From an uncultured Sphingobium sp. (GTDB taxonomy: Bacteria > Pseudomonadota > Alphaproteobacteria > Sphingomonadales > Sphingomonadaceae), in assembly GCA_964544675.1 (NCBI GenBank), contig CAZJCT010000003.1, positions 6,203 to 70,202 on the forward strand: DNA of 64,000 bases, read 5' to 3'. How positions within the stretch are numbered: position 1 is the stretch's first letter; the number at the start of each line of letters is the position of its first letter. Shown here piece by piece: positions 14,511 through 23,116 of the stretch. The position numbers were made by a program, and so were the translations under genes. Below the pieces are notes generated by a model that searched no databases, was not told the DNA's origin, and was given only the letters and a program-made list of their open reading frames with translations.

Positions 14511-14899
14511 GCCGCCTCGGCCGCCGCTGGAGCGCAGGCGGTGCACAGATCGTGGTCCGCCCATCCGCAGGTTGCGCCGTGCTCGTCCTCGCACGGGTCG
14601 AATTCGCTGCAGGCGCATGTCCGGCAAAGCCGGGGCGCCTCGAGCGTGTCGTCGCACGCGTCGGCCAGGGCGATGAGCTCACGAAGCACCATCGCGTCCA
14701 TGGGCACGCAGACGGTGAGCACCGCGAAGACGTCGAAGGTTACGGGGGAAACGTCCGCCTCGATCCGCTGAAGCCAGGCGATGCGGTCGACCTCGCCAAG
14801 GCGTGGGACCGTGGCGAGGCTGATCGCGACGTCGTCGATCGAGAGGCCGGCGGCGGCGCGGCGTTTGGCGATGTACTGGCCGGGTGTGAGGATGGCCAT
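14507..14899 (-). CDS. XRE-like HTH protein with C-terminal Cys-rich (Zn-binding) domain
   Basis: [33 protein letters not shown]...CGW...LCTAC. Confidence 0.7.
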   Translation of the reverse strand: MAILTPGQYIAKRRAAAGLSIDDVAISLATVPRLGEVDRIAWLQRIEADVSPVTFDVFAVLTVCVPMDAMVLRELIALADACDDTLEAPRLCRTCACSEFDPCEDEHGATCGWADHDLCTACAPAAAEAA

Positions 14900-15012
14900 G
14901 CGAAGTCTCCGGGCAACAGAAAAGCCATCCCGGCCACGCATGTGCGCGCGGCGGGCTGGCGGAACGGGCGAATAGGCAAGGGGCAGGTGGGCTTAGGGCG
15001 GAGCCCCGCCAA

Positions 15013-15501
15013 TCAAGGCGGGGCTCTGCTATGCTCCTCGGGCGCGGCCGCGGGGGCGGTGACCTTGAGAAGCGCGGCGCGGATCGAATCGAGCGCCTGC
15101 ATCAGTTCGCGTTGGGCGATCAGGCGGTCGCCGGGACCGGCGTCGGGAAGGGCAAGGCGCATCAGCGCGGCCTCGGCGTCGCCGGTTTCCCTGGCGACGT
15201 CGATCGCGCAGCGAAGAAGATCGAACTGGTCGATGAAGCGTTCGGCCATGCAGGCGCCGACGAGCAGGCCATAGGCGTCGTAGATCGGCTGCCCTTGGCC
15301 GCCATGTTGCTGGAACAGCGTATCGAGCGCGATCGCGGCGCGAAGGTTGATTTCCTCCTCCGCATCGGCGTCGCCCCATTTGCGGACGGTGCGCTCGGCA
15401 TAGCCGATGCTGCGCGCCATCGCGGCCCAGCCCCCCGGCACCTGGCCAGCGATGCGCGCGAGGGCGCTGTCGATGCTGAGCGGGGCGCGGGGTTTTGTCA
15501 C
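15013..15501 (-). CDS. Phage CII-like regulatory protein
   Basis: MARSIGYAERTVRKWGD HTH-like segment; lies downstream of cro. Confidence 0.6.
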   Translation of the reverse strand: MTKPRAPLSIDSALARIAGQVPGGWAAMARSIGYAERTVRKWGDADAEEEINLRAAIALDTLFQQHGGQGQPIYDAYGLLVGACMAERFIDQFDLLRCAIDVARETGDAEAALMRLALPDAGPGDRLIAQRELMQALDSIRAALLKVTAPAAAPEEHSRAPP

Positions 15502-15807
15502 ACTCCGGCTCCGCGCGCGGCGATCGCGCTATGGAGGATTCGCGCGCGGTGGGATCCGGCGCGCGGCCAGGCGCGGACGGATCCGGGGCGGCCGGAACGC
15601 CCCATCGAATAAAGGGCGGCGCCGCTGGGTTCGGGGGGATGCGGCGCCGCAGGTGCGCCCGGCGTGGCAAAGCTGATGGTCGCCGGGCGCTCGGGCTGGA
15701 AAGTTCGGAGGGCCTTGGAGGCCGGGACGACGGGGCTAGCCGATTCGTCCCGGCCTCTGCCGGCGTTCGTGCAACAGGCAAATTGCGCACGAAGAGGGTG
15801 GGGGAGG

Positions 15808-16089
15808 TCAGTCCGCATTTTCGTATTTCTGCCGCATGGCAGCGCGCACCGAAGACATAAGCGGGCTCAACGCCTTGACGAAGTCCAGGTATGTCTCAGC
15901 GCGTATGACCACGGCCGCCGGATCGCAGGCTTGGTCATGCGCCAGGCCGAGGATCCGAAGCCGGATACGCTCTGCCTCATTTCGGGACAGGGCGGTTTGC
16001 GCACGGTTTTGCCCGAGGCGGAAGGCGGCGAGCGCGATAGCGCCGCCGGTGAGAAGCAGCAGGGGGCGAAGGGCGGATGGGGCGATCAT
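15808..16089 (-). CDS. Hypothetical protein (N-terminal hydrophobic segment)
   Basis: MIAPSALRPLLLLTGGAIALAAF...; ATGA overlap with cro. Confidence 0.55.
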   Translation of the reverse strand: MIAPSALRPLLLLTGGAIALAAFRLGQNRAQTALSRNEAERIRLRILGLAHDQACDPAAVVIRAETYLDFVKALSPLMSSVRAAMRQKYENAD

Positions 16090-16370
16090 GGGCGGACTCC
16101 TTCGAGGCGGTCGGGGGCGATCCCCGCAGAGGGGGCGGTGTCCTCGACAGGGTAAAGGTCGGGGCGAAGCTCGTGACGCGAGATGCCGGTGGCGGCTTCG
16201 ACGGTGAGGACGTGCTCTGCGGGGAGGGGCTTCTGCTTTCGAACCCAATCATGAACCGTGGACTGATTCTTGCCTATGATTCGGCCAAGCGCCGACTGTC
16301 CTCCGAGCGCCTCAATGGCGCGGACGAGGCCGCTTTGCGCGCGGGCGGTGAGAGAGCATCGAACCGTCAT
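16086..16370 (-). CDS. Cro/YdaS-family repressor
   Basis: AIEALGGQSALGRIIGKNQSTVHDW...ISRHELRPDLYP; divergent from cI. Confidence 0.88.
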   Translation of the reverse strand: MTVRCSLTARAQSGLVRAIEALGGQSALGRIIGKNQSTVHDWVRKQKPLPAEHVLTVEAATGISRHELRPDLYPVEDTAPSAGIAPDRLEGVRP

Positions 16371-16445
16371 GTCGGTAGAGCTACCGCAACTGCGGTAGAT
16401 GGTCAACCGACTCGGCGGAATATATTTCTACCGCAACTCCGGTAG
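16361..16445. promoter_or_regulatory. Lysis/lysogeny operator region, three 18-bp CTACCG-N6-CGGTAG palindromes
   Basis: GAACCGTCATGTCGGTAG (16361), CTACCGCAACTGCGGTAG (16381) and CTACCGCAACTCCGGTAG (16428), between divergent cro and cI. Confidence 0.85.
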
Positions 16446-16454
16446 AGTTCCCGT

Positions 16455-16847
16455 ATGAGCTTGGGCGAGCGAATCACTGAACGTCTGGAGGCGCTGGGGA
16501 TCAGCCAGTCCGAGCTGGCCCGGCGTGCTCGTGTCCCGCAGACGACGATCAACAGCCTGATTAAGGCAGGTCGTCGATCGACGCCCCACCTCCTAAAACT
16601 GGCGCGGGCGCTTCGCACCACACCTGCATATCTGACGGGTGAGACCGACGATCCTACAGGCGACGAATCCAATTTCATCGGGCTCGACACCCAAGATCGC
16701 GAGCTGCTCGACAGCTTCCGCGAGTTGGATGCCTCCGATCGCAAGGCCGTGCTCCGCATCACGAGGGCGCTCGTTGCGGCGCAATCGATAGAGCCAGCGA
16801 CGCTGCATTCACGCTCCAGCACATTCCGAGGTTTCGACAGTGAGTAG
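16455..16847 (+). CDS. CI-like XRE HTH repressor (no S24 autopeptidase domain)
   Basis: GISQSELARRARVPQTTINSL...LARALRTTPAYLTGETDDP; only 130 aa. Confidence 0.85.
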   Translation: MSLGERITERLEALGISQSELARRARVPQTTINSLIKAGRRSTPHLLKLARALRTTPAYLTGETDDPTGDESNFIGLDTQDRELLDSFRELDASDRKAVLRITRALVAAQSIEPATLHSRSSTFRGFDSE

Positions 16848-17409
16848 GGCAGGCAAGGCCGCGATCTTTGCGGTGGGGGCCGTGGTGCTCCTAAGCGGCT
16901 GTGGTGAACGATCCGAGGCGGTGAAGGACTGCGAGCAGCGCATCCTTATGAAATTGCGGTCGCCAGCCACCTACAAGGCGGTGTCGATCAACGAGTTTCC
17001 GCCTCTCGGCGATGAGCCACTCTATCAGGTGTTCATCAACTACGACGCCGACAATGCGTTCGGCGTGCCGATCCGGGGCATCGAGCAGTGCAAGTACGCC
17101 ATGAGCACCAATGGCGGCGTCGACCTAAGCAGTTACGTCAACGGGATTGAGGAAATAGACAGGCAGGTCGCTGACGAGGTCGCGAAGATCGAAAACGACG
17201 TGATGGCCGTGATGGAAGAAGAACAACAGTCGCCTCGATCTGACAGGGACGACCGGAGGCAGCAGATAATCGACGATACGATGGCCGATGTAGATGCGGC
17301 GATTGCAGCCGGCGAAGAAGCAGGCCGTCGCTCTTCGGAAGCGTATGAGCGGGCGGTGGAGCAGGCAGCGCGCGATGCCGACGCCGATCGCGCCAGGCTT
17401 GGCCTGTAG
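16840..17409 (+). CDS. Putative lipoprotein (moron)
   Basis: Signal peptide with lipobox LSGC; coupled to cI. Confidence 0.7.
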   Translation: MSRAGKAAIFAVGAVVLLSGCGERSEAVKDCEQRILMKLRSPATYKAVSINEFPPLGDEPLYQVFINYDADNAFGVPIRGIEQCKYAMSTNGGVDLSSYVNGIEEIDRQVADEVAKIENDVMAVMEEEQQSPRSDRDDRRQQIIDDTMADVDAAIAAGEEAGRRSSEAYERAVEQAARDADADRARLGL

Positions 17410-17471
17410 ACACCGCCTCCCATGTCGCTCCATAACCCCTTCGCGGACTGGACGTCGACAGGTGGTATCTC

Positions 17472-17723
17472 GTGCTGATCGTGCTTTCGATGATCGGGCT
17501 GGTCGCATCGATCGTGGCCAAGGAGCGGGTTTATACCGGGCTGTGTTTCGGCTTTGTGCTGATCGGCATGGGCGAGCTGATCAATTATCCGCTGCGCAAG
17601 TCGTTCGGCAACGGGTTCGAGTATGTCAGCCGCACGCGGATGTGGCGGCCGCATGGCATTGCGTTCGATCTGGCGGGCATCGCGCTGGTCGGGATTTTCG
17701 GATATCGCTTGGCGATGATGTGA
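17472..17723 (+). CDS. Small membrane protein
   Basis: About three hydrophobic segments in 83 aa. Confidence 0.6.
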   Translation: MLIVLSMIGLVASIVAKERVYTGLCFGFVLIGMGELINYPLRKSFGNGFEYVSRTRMWRPHGIAFDLAGIALVGIFGYRLAMM

Positions 17724-17736
17724 TCGCCGGAACCCA

Positions 17737-18108
17737 ATGCTCGCTCTCCTCCTCGCCTGCGCCGCGATTGACGGCGACACGATCCGTTGTGGCCGCGAGC
17801 GCATCCGACTGATCGGCATCGATGCGCCCGAGCTGGCGGGGCACTGCCGCAGGGGGCGGGTGTGCGTAGAAGGTGACGGGGAGGCGAGCCGACGCAGCCT
17901 CGCCGCGCGAATGGAAGGCTGGCAGATCACGGCCCGGCGCTTTGGCCGCGACCGATACGGGCGGACGCTCGCGCTCGTCTATGCCGGCGGGGTGAACCTC
18001 TCCTGCTGGCAGGTCATGCGCGGGCAGGCGCAATATGTCCCCCGTTGGGACGAGGGCACCGAAGTGAGCCGCTGCGTGAAGCAAGTTGGATCAAGTCTAA
18101 GGAAATAG
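17737..18108 (+). CDS. Thermonuclease (SNase) family protein
   Basis: IDGDTIRC...RIRLIGIDAPE...DRYGRTLA. Confidence 0.9.
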   Translation: MLALLLACAAIDGDTIRCGRERIRLIGIDAPELAGHCRRGRVCVEGDGEASRRSLAARMEGWQITARRFGRDRYGRTLALVYAGGVNLSCWQVMRGQAQYVPRWDEGTEVSRCVKQVGSSLRK

Positions 18109-18184
18109 AGCCATTATGGCGGCGATTCACTTTTGCCACATGGCGTTCGCAACTATGGCCACCCGGTAATCGGGGGGACTCATC

Positions 18185-19879
18185 ATGAACGAACATCGGC
18201 TCGATCGGCGGGCATTTCTTCTGTCGTCTTCTGCGATGGCGATCCTCACCACGGCGTGCGGCAGCGGATCGATGTCGGACGATGACGGGACCGTCACTAT
18301 TCCCGAGCCGCCTGCGCCTCCACCGCCACCGCCGGAGCCAGAGCCAGAGCCAGAGCCGGCGCGCACGCCGCTCGCTGGCCCGAATCGCTACATGTTCTGG
18401 GCGTCGGGCGCCAAGATGCCTTCGGGCAACCCGGTCACCGCAGCAGCGAACACGACGCATGTGATGACGAAGCTGATTTTCGGGTCGCCGCAATATGCGA
18501 TCAACAATCTGCGCCTGCACTTTTCCGGCTTCGCTTCGACCGAGGGCGGTGCCAGCCCACAGGAGACGGTCCTGCCCGGAAACGCCACCACGATTCTCGG
18601 CGTATGGGTCGAGGTCGGGGGCACCGCGACGCGGGCGACATTCGACGGCGCCAACGGCACCACGATCGCCAGCGGCAGTCTGGGCGCGTGGACCGACGAT
18701 CTGGACCTGACCGCTCACATCCCCGCAGAGTCGCCGGTCACGATCTATACGCTCTACAGCACGGCGGACGGCGAGGTTCAGATCCCCGTCTACCAGGTCG
18801 AAAAGCATCGCGGCGAGCGTGTCTGGGCAGCGAACAATGCTGCCACGCTCGAGGCCATGATCGGCAGCAGCTCCAACAGTTCACCCGCGCTCGATCGCGA
18901 TTACGGCCATCCTATCCGGCAACAGATGGTGTACGGTCCCGACTTCATGGTCGCCAAGGGCTGGGACGGCAGGCCGGTGCCGCTGGTCGTCTGTGATTCG
19001 ATCGGCGAGCGTCAGAATGATGGCCCCACCGCCGCCGATGCGCGCCGGAACAAGGGTTGGCTGCGGCGCTGGCTGGACCGTGACGGTTCGAACGGTCGGA
19101 CGCCGCACTGCATCATCGGGCTGCCGGGTGCATCCTCCGATCGCGAGCTGGCCGCAGGCGCGACCCTACGTTGGGACGTGCTCGACCAGATTGTCGCGTT
19201 CAACGGCAGCCAGCGACCCTTCACCTGTGTCGCCAACCAGCACGGCCGGAACGATTTCGCGGCGACGCTTGCCGACATGAAGGCGAAGTTCAAGGGCCTG
19301 AACGACAGGATCCTGGCGCGCCATCCGGGCACGCCGATCATCGGGATCGGGCAGGTCGTCCATTCGAACTCGACCGACAGTTTCCGCACCGTGGCGAACC
19401 AGGGCTATCAGACCGGCGGCGAGTGGCCGAACGGGCTGCGGTACCAGTTCGAGGCGGAGAAGGAGTCGCTGATGGACGGCACACTCTCCGGCTATGTCGA
19501 GGTCGTGCGCGCCTGCGGCCTCGACACGCTGCAGGGCAAATGGCCTGCGCCGTTCTTTACGACGCGGCTCGCCGCGGCGGTTGGTGCGGGCGAAACCGAG
19601 CTGGTGCTCGAGGATGCGCCGATGCTGGGCGAGTTCGTGCACTACGGGAGCGATGCCAACCCGGCGGCTGCGAACATCGTGGAGATTTCGGGAAGCGCCG
19701 GCGCCTGGCGCTGCAAGGCGGACCGCACGCTGGTCGCGACCAGCGCGGGCGCCGAGGTGTTCGCGCCCAACGCCAATGACGGTACAGGCAATCCCCGTAC
19801 CGGCACGCACCCGCGCCCGCGCATGTCGATCGCGATTTCGGAGCGCGTCCCGCAGTCGGAGAAGGCGAAGCTGCGCTGA
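18185..19879 (+). CDS. Tat-exported lipoprotein with SGNH/GDSL hydrolase domain (paralog of 43041-44855)
   Basis: DRRAFLL twin-Arg motif, LTTAC lipobox and Pro/Glu linker; SGNH blocks CDSI, PGAS, HGRND and GTHP. Confidence 0.8.
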   Translation: MNEHRLDRRAFLLSSSAMAILTTACGSGSMSDDDGTVTIPEPPAPPPPPPEPEPEPEPARTPLAGPNRYMFWASGAKMPSGNPVTAAANTTHVMTKLIFGSPQYAINNLRLHFSGFASTEGGASPQETVLPGNATTILGVWVEVGGTATRATFDGANGTTIASGSLGAWTDDLDLTAHIPAESPVTIYTLYSTADGEVQIPVYQVEKHRGERVWAANNAATLEAMIGSSSNSSPALDRDYGHPIRQQMVYGPDFMVAKGWDGRPVPLVVCDSIGERQNDGPTAADARRNKGWLRRWLDRDGSNGRTPHCIIGLPGASSDRELAAGATLRWDVLDQIVAFNGSQRPFTCVANQHGRNDFAATLADMKAKFKGLNDRILARHPGTPIIGIGQVVHSNSTDSFRTVANQGYQTGGEWPNGLRYQFEAEKESLMDGTLSGYVEVVRACGLDTLQGKWPAPFFTTRLAAAVGAGETELVLEDAPMLGEFVHYGSDANPAAANIVEISGSAGAWRCKADRTLVATSAGAEVFAPNANDGTGNPRTGTHPRPRMSIAISERVPQSEKAKLR

Positions 19880-19912
19880 GGCATTGTCCTAACACGCTGG
19901 CGCAGCAACGAC

Positions 19913-19927
19913 TTTCGCCATATGTTC
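19913..19927 (+). promoter_or_regulatory. Possible alphaproteobacterial SOS box (TTTC-N7-GTTC)
   Basis: tttcgccatatgttc; one mismatch to GTTC-N7-GTTC, at the 5' end of the LexA-like gene. Confidence 0.4.
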
Positions 19928-20410
19928 TCCCGCCAGCGGGAGGGCCGGTTGGCCGATCAGATCAAAGCGTCGCGCCTGTCACCCGTCATGGGGAGCAGGA
20001 AGCTGCAGGTCCTCGAGTTTATCGAGGCCTATTTCCGGCTGCGCGGCGTCGGGCCGAGCCTGGGCGAGATCGGCGCGGGCGTCGGCATCAGTCCCAATCA
20101 TGCACACAAGCTGGTCAAGCGCCTGGCGCACGACGGACGCATCGTGCGCGCGCGCGGTGTGCCGCGCGGCATCCGTCCGCTGAGCGCGCGCGAAGAGGCT
20201 CTGCGGTTGCTGGCGGCGGACGGTTATACCGTTTTCCACGACGACAAGGTCATCCTGCCGCCCGGCGAGGCGCGGGCGGGACACGGCAAGGGGCCGGGCA
20301 ACGGGTTGATGGATGAGCCACTGCCGCCGGTGTTCGATCTGGACCATGATCCGGCCTCTGACAGCGCGATCGTGGGGATGGGCAGGCATGAAGGAACTGA
20401 CGCCGGTTGA
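19922..20410 (+). CDS. LexA N-terminal DNA-binding-domain protein lacking the peptidase domain
   Basis: QVLEFIEAYFRLRGVGPSLGEIGAGVGIS...LVKRLAHDGRIVR...PRGIRP; start may be TTG 19949 or ATG 19988. Confidence 0.75.
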   Translation: MFSRQREGRLADQIKASRLSPVMGSRKLQVLEFIEAYFRLRGVGPSLGEIGAGVGISPNHAHKLVKRLAHDGRIVRARGVPRGIRPLSAREEALRLLAADGYTVFHDDKVILPPGEARAGHGKGPGNGLMDEPLPPVFDLDHDPASDSAIVGMGRHEGTDAG

Positions 20411-21167
20411 AGCGAAGGTGATGCGCGGGATCATCGCGCGCGAGCACCGCAAGGCGCGCAGCCAGCGGGCCGGCAGCGATCCCGCCGCGGTCGCTTCGTC
20501 CATCAAGCCCGTGAGTCGCCAACCCAAAGTCAAGCCGCCGGCGATCAGCGCGGCCGAGCGGCAGCGGCGCAAACAGGAGGCTGATCGGGCCGCCGAGCGC
20601 CATCGCAAATGGGCGGAGCGGCATCCGGCGCTGGCCGCAAAGGAGCGCGCGCTGCGCAAGGCGGGCATCGATGCGCTCAAGCGCTTCGGCCACAAGGCCG
20701 GCGGCACGGCGCAGACATTCGCGCATGTGAACCGCCCGCGCGAGGGTGCGATTGCGCGGCTGTACCGGACGGGCGCGATCGACAGTCACGAACTGGCCGC
20801 TGCCGAGGAAATCCTGGCCGTCTATGAACGCATTGCGGCCGACGTGACGGTGAGCGTCGCCAGCATGGAAACGCGCGTCGATGTGTCGCGGCACGGCGAC
20901 GCGTTCTTCGAGAGCCTGACCCGCGTGCGGATGGAGGTCGCCTATGGCCACTGGCGCGCGGCGCTGCTGGGCGACGCCGCGATGGTGCTCGACATCATCG
21001 TTCACGGTGTCGGCCTGGTCGAGGCGGCGCGGCGTCATGCGATGAGCAACCGGCGCGCGAAGGGCAGGTTGATCAATGCGCTCGACCTGTGGCTGCGCGC
21101 CTATTCCGAAGCGCGCAATGAGGTCGATCCGGCAACGCTTGCGGCTGCGCAGGCGGGCGTCCTGTAG
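20388..21167 (+). CDS. Putative late-gene activator (DUF6456 / Q- or GafA-like C-terminal HTH)
   Basis: IARLYRTGAID..ELAAAEEI...RVD...GVGLVEAARR...LINALD; lies upstream of the packaging genes. Confidence 0.55.
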   Translation: MKELTPVEAKVMRGIIAREHRKARSQRAGSDPAAVASSIKPVSRQPKVKPPAISAAERQRRKQEADRAAERHRKWAERHPALAAKERALRKAGIDALKRFGHKAGGTAQTFAHVNRPREGAIARLYRTGAIDSHELAAAEEILAVYERIAADVTVSVASMETRVDVSRHGDAFFESLTRVRMEVAYGHWRAALLGDAAMVLDIIVHGVGLVEAARRHAMSNRRAKGRLINALDLWLRAYSEARNEVDPATLAAAQAGVL

Positions 21168-21309
21168 TCTGGAAAATCGCAGGGGGTGATGGATCATCCA
21201 CTGCAATCCGGTCACCGAATGCGCCAGAACGACCCCGCCACAATTGTGTCCGGCCCGCTTCCCCAATGTCCCCAGGGGTGGCGGGCCGGTTCGTTTCCGG
21301 ACCCCCGCC

Positions 21310-21549
21310 ATGGCGCGTACCCCAACCACCCGGCGCGTGATCGCCGACGAGCTCGAGCGCGCGAGCGCCCGGCTTGACGAGCTGATCGGGCAGGCGCGGC
21401 TCGGCGTGGGCAGCCACCGCCAGTATGACGCGATGGAGGAGGAAGCCCAGGCGATCGCCGGACAACTGATCGGTGCCTTTCGCGGTGCGCCGGTCGCGGC
21501 GCCGTTGGCGATCGAGCGGCGGGGCGAGCGGACGGTCGCGATCTTCTGA
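21310..21549 (+). CDS. Hypothetical phage protein
   Basis: MARTPTTRRVIADELERA...; typical codon usage. Confidence 0.6.
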   Translation: MARTPTTRRVIADELERASARLDELIGQARLGVGSHRQYDAMEEEAQAIAGQLIGAFRGAPVAAPLAIERRGERTVAIF

Positions 21550-21557
21550 AGGAGCGC

Positions 21558-21725
21558 ATGATGGTCGATATCGACAAGATGCGGGCGGTACTCGCGGGGA
21601 AGCACGGCAAGGATCCGCTGACGGTCAGCGTCGATTGGGTGGCGACGGTGCTGGCCGAGCTTGAGGCGGGCAGGGCGAGGCGCGAGGATAATCGGGCCGC
21701 GCTCGACAGGCTGGCGCTCTCGTGA
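21558..21725 (+). CDS. Small hypothetical phage protein
   Basis: AAGGAG RBS; MMVDIDKMRAVLAGK...; stop overlaps the next GTG. Confidence 0.55.
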   Translation: MMVDIDKMRAVLAGKHGKDPLTVSVDWVATVLAELEAGRARREDNRAALDRLALS

Positions 21726-22357
21726 CCGAGGTGCCGAACGGCCGCCGCGAGCTGGACGGCCATGTCTATTTCATCAACGGCGATGGCGGGCTGATCCCCG
21801 AGGCTGCGGTCAGCGCCATCGACCAGCTGCAGGACGAGTTCGTCCGCAAGATCGTGGGCCATGCGATCCCGCTGGCGGCCACGGTGGCGCGCTTTCGGCA
21901 GCATTGCTTCGACGACGTCGACCAGTTCGTCGCGCTGCTTGAGCAGCACTACAAGGCAAGGCGGGGCGGGTCCAAGGGCAACCTGACCTTCACCAGCTAC
22001 GACGGCCTGCTGAAGGTCGTGGTGCAGGTGACCGAGAGGATCGTCTTCGGCCCCGAGCTGCAGGTCGCCAAGGGCCTGGTCGATGACTGCCTGCGCGAAT
22101 GGTCGGCCGAGAGCCGGACCGAGATCCGCGCCATCATCACGCGCGCCTTCGACGTTGATAGCCAGGGGCGGATCAACCAGAACGATCTGCTCAGCCTCCT
22201 GCGCCTCGAGATCGCGGACGAGCGGTGGCAGCGGGGCATGCAGGCGATCCGTGACAGCATCCGGCCCGTGGGGTCGAAGCGCTACATCCGGATCTATCGC
22301 CGGGCGAACGGCAAGGCGGCCTGGGAGCCGATCTCCATCGACATGGCGGCGGCCTGA
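21722..22357 (+). CDS. DUF3164 family phage protein
   Basis: GGSKGNLTFTSYDGLLKV...FGPELQVAKGLVDDCLREWS...SKRYIRIY. Confidence 0.85.
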   Translation: MTEVPNGRRELDGHVYFINGDGGLIPEAAVSAIDQLQDEFVRKIVGHAIPLAATVARFRQHCFDDVDQFVALLEQHYKARRGGSKGNLTFTSYDGLLKVVVQVTERIVFGPELQVAKGLVDDCLREWSAESRTEIRAIITRAFDVDSQGRINQNDLLSLLRLEIADERWQRGMQAIRDSIRPVGSKRYIRIYRRANGKAAWEPISIDMAAA

Positions 22358-22439
22358 CGCCCGGCGGGCAGCGACGGGCGCGAGGCCCCGCCGGAGCCCG
22401 CTCCTCCCCCGGGGGGCGGGCTCCCACCCCCCCCGGTCT

Positions 22440-22483
22440 GGGTCCTTCCTGACCCCACCCCCTATGCGGGGGGCGAAGGCGCG
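22440..22483 (+). other. Putative lambda-like cos site (cosQ + cosN)
   Basis: GGGTCCT (identical to lambda cosQ), then GGGGGGCGAAGG-CGCG resembling lambda GGGCGGCGACCT-CGCG; just upstream of the small terminase. Confidence 0.55.
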
Positions 22484-22525
22484 AAGCGACGGCAGCTACG
22501 GATTCTGAAAGGTGTCCGCACCTAA

Positions 22526-23116
22526 ATGTCCGCAGATGCAGCGTTCGTCAGCATAAGGGAATTCGCGCGCCTGGATGGGTGCGACGATGCACTTGTACGC
22601 AGGGCTATCAAGTCCGGAAAACTGCGGGTTTCCGAGGACGGCAAGGTTGCAGTCGATCAGGTCGGGACGGGGTGGCGGCGGGCCAATCGCAAGGCTGAGA
22701 AGCCTGCGGACAACGGTGCGGACAGTCCGAAAAAGTCCGCACCCGCAGACGTCGAGGCTGATCTAGCGGCGCTTGGCGATGAGGATTTCATTGCCGAGGT
22801 CCTCGCCGGGCGATTTCATACGATCGTCGGCGCGGAGCGCATCAAGGAGAATGCGCTTGCCGCCAAGCACCTGCTGGCGGCGCGGCGCGATGCCGGCGAC
22901 GTTGTCGACATCGAGGTCGCGGAGGCGGTGCTGTTCGACCAGGCGCGGCAGTATCGCGACGCGCTCATGAACTGGCCCGTGCGCGTGGGTCCGCTGATCG
23001 CGGCCGAGCTCGGCGTTTCCGCCGACCCGGTCGTGGAGCAGCTCAACATTCATGTCCAGCAGCTCCTCAACGACCTTGGCGAGCCGGACCCCGATTTCGC
23101 CGGAAGCGAAGCATGA
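22526..23116 (+). CDS. Terminase small subunit
   Basis: N-terminal HTH (VSIREFARLDGC...AIKSGKL), Nu1-like C-terminal half; directly precedes terL. Confidence 0.75.
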   Translation: MSADAAFVSIREFARLDGCDDALVRRAIKSGKLRVSEDGKVAVDQVGTGWRRANRKAEKPADNGADSPKKSAPADVEADLAALGDEDFIAEVLAGRFHTIVGAERIKENALAAKHLLAARRDAGDVVDIEVAEAVLFDQARQYRDALMNWPVRVGPLIAAELGVSADPVVEQLNIHVQQLLNDLGEPDPDFAGSEA

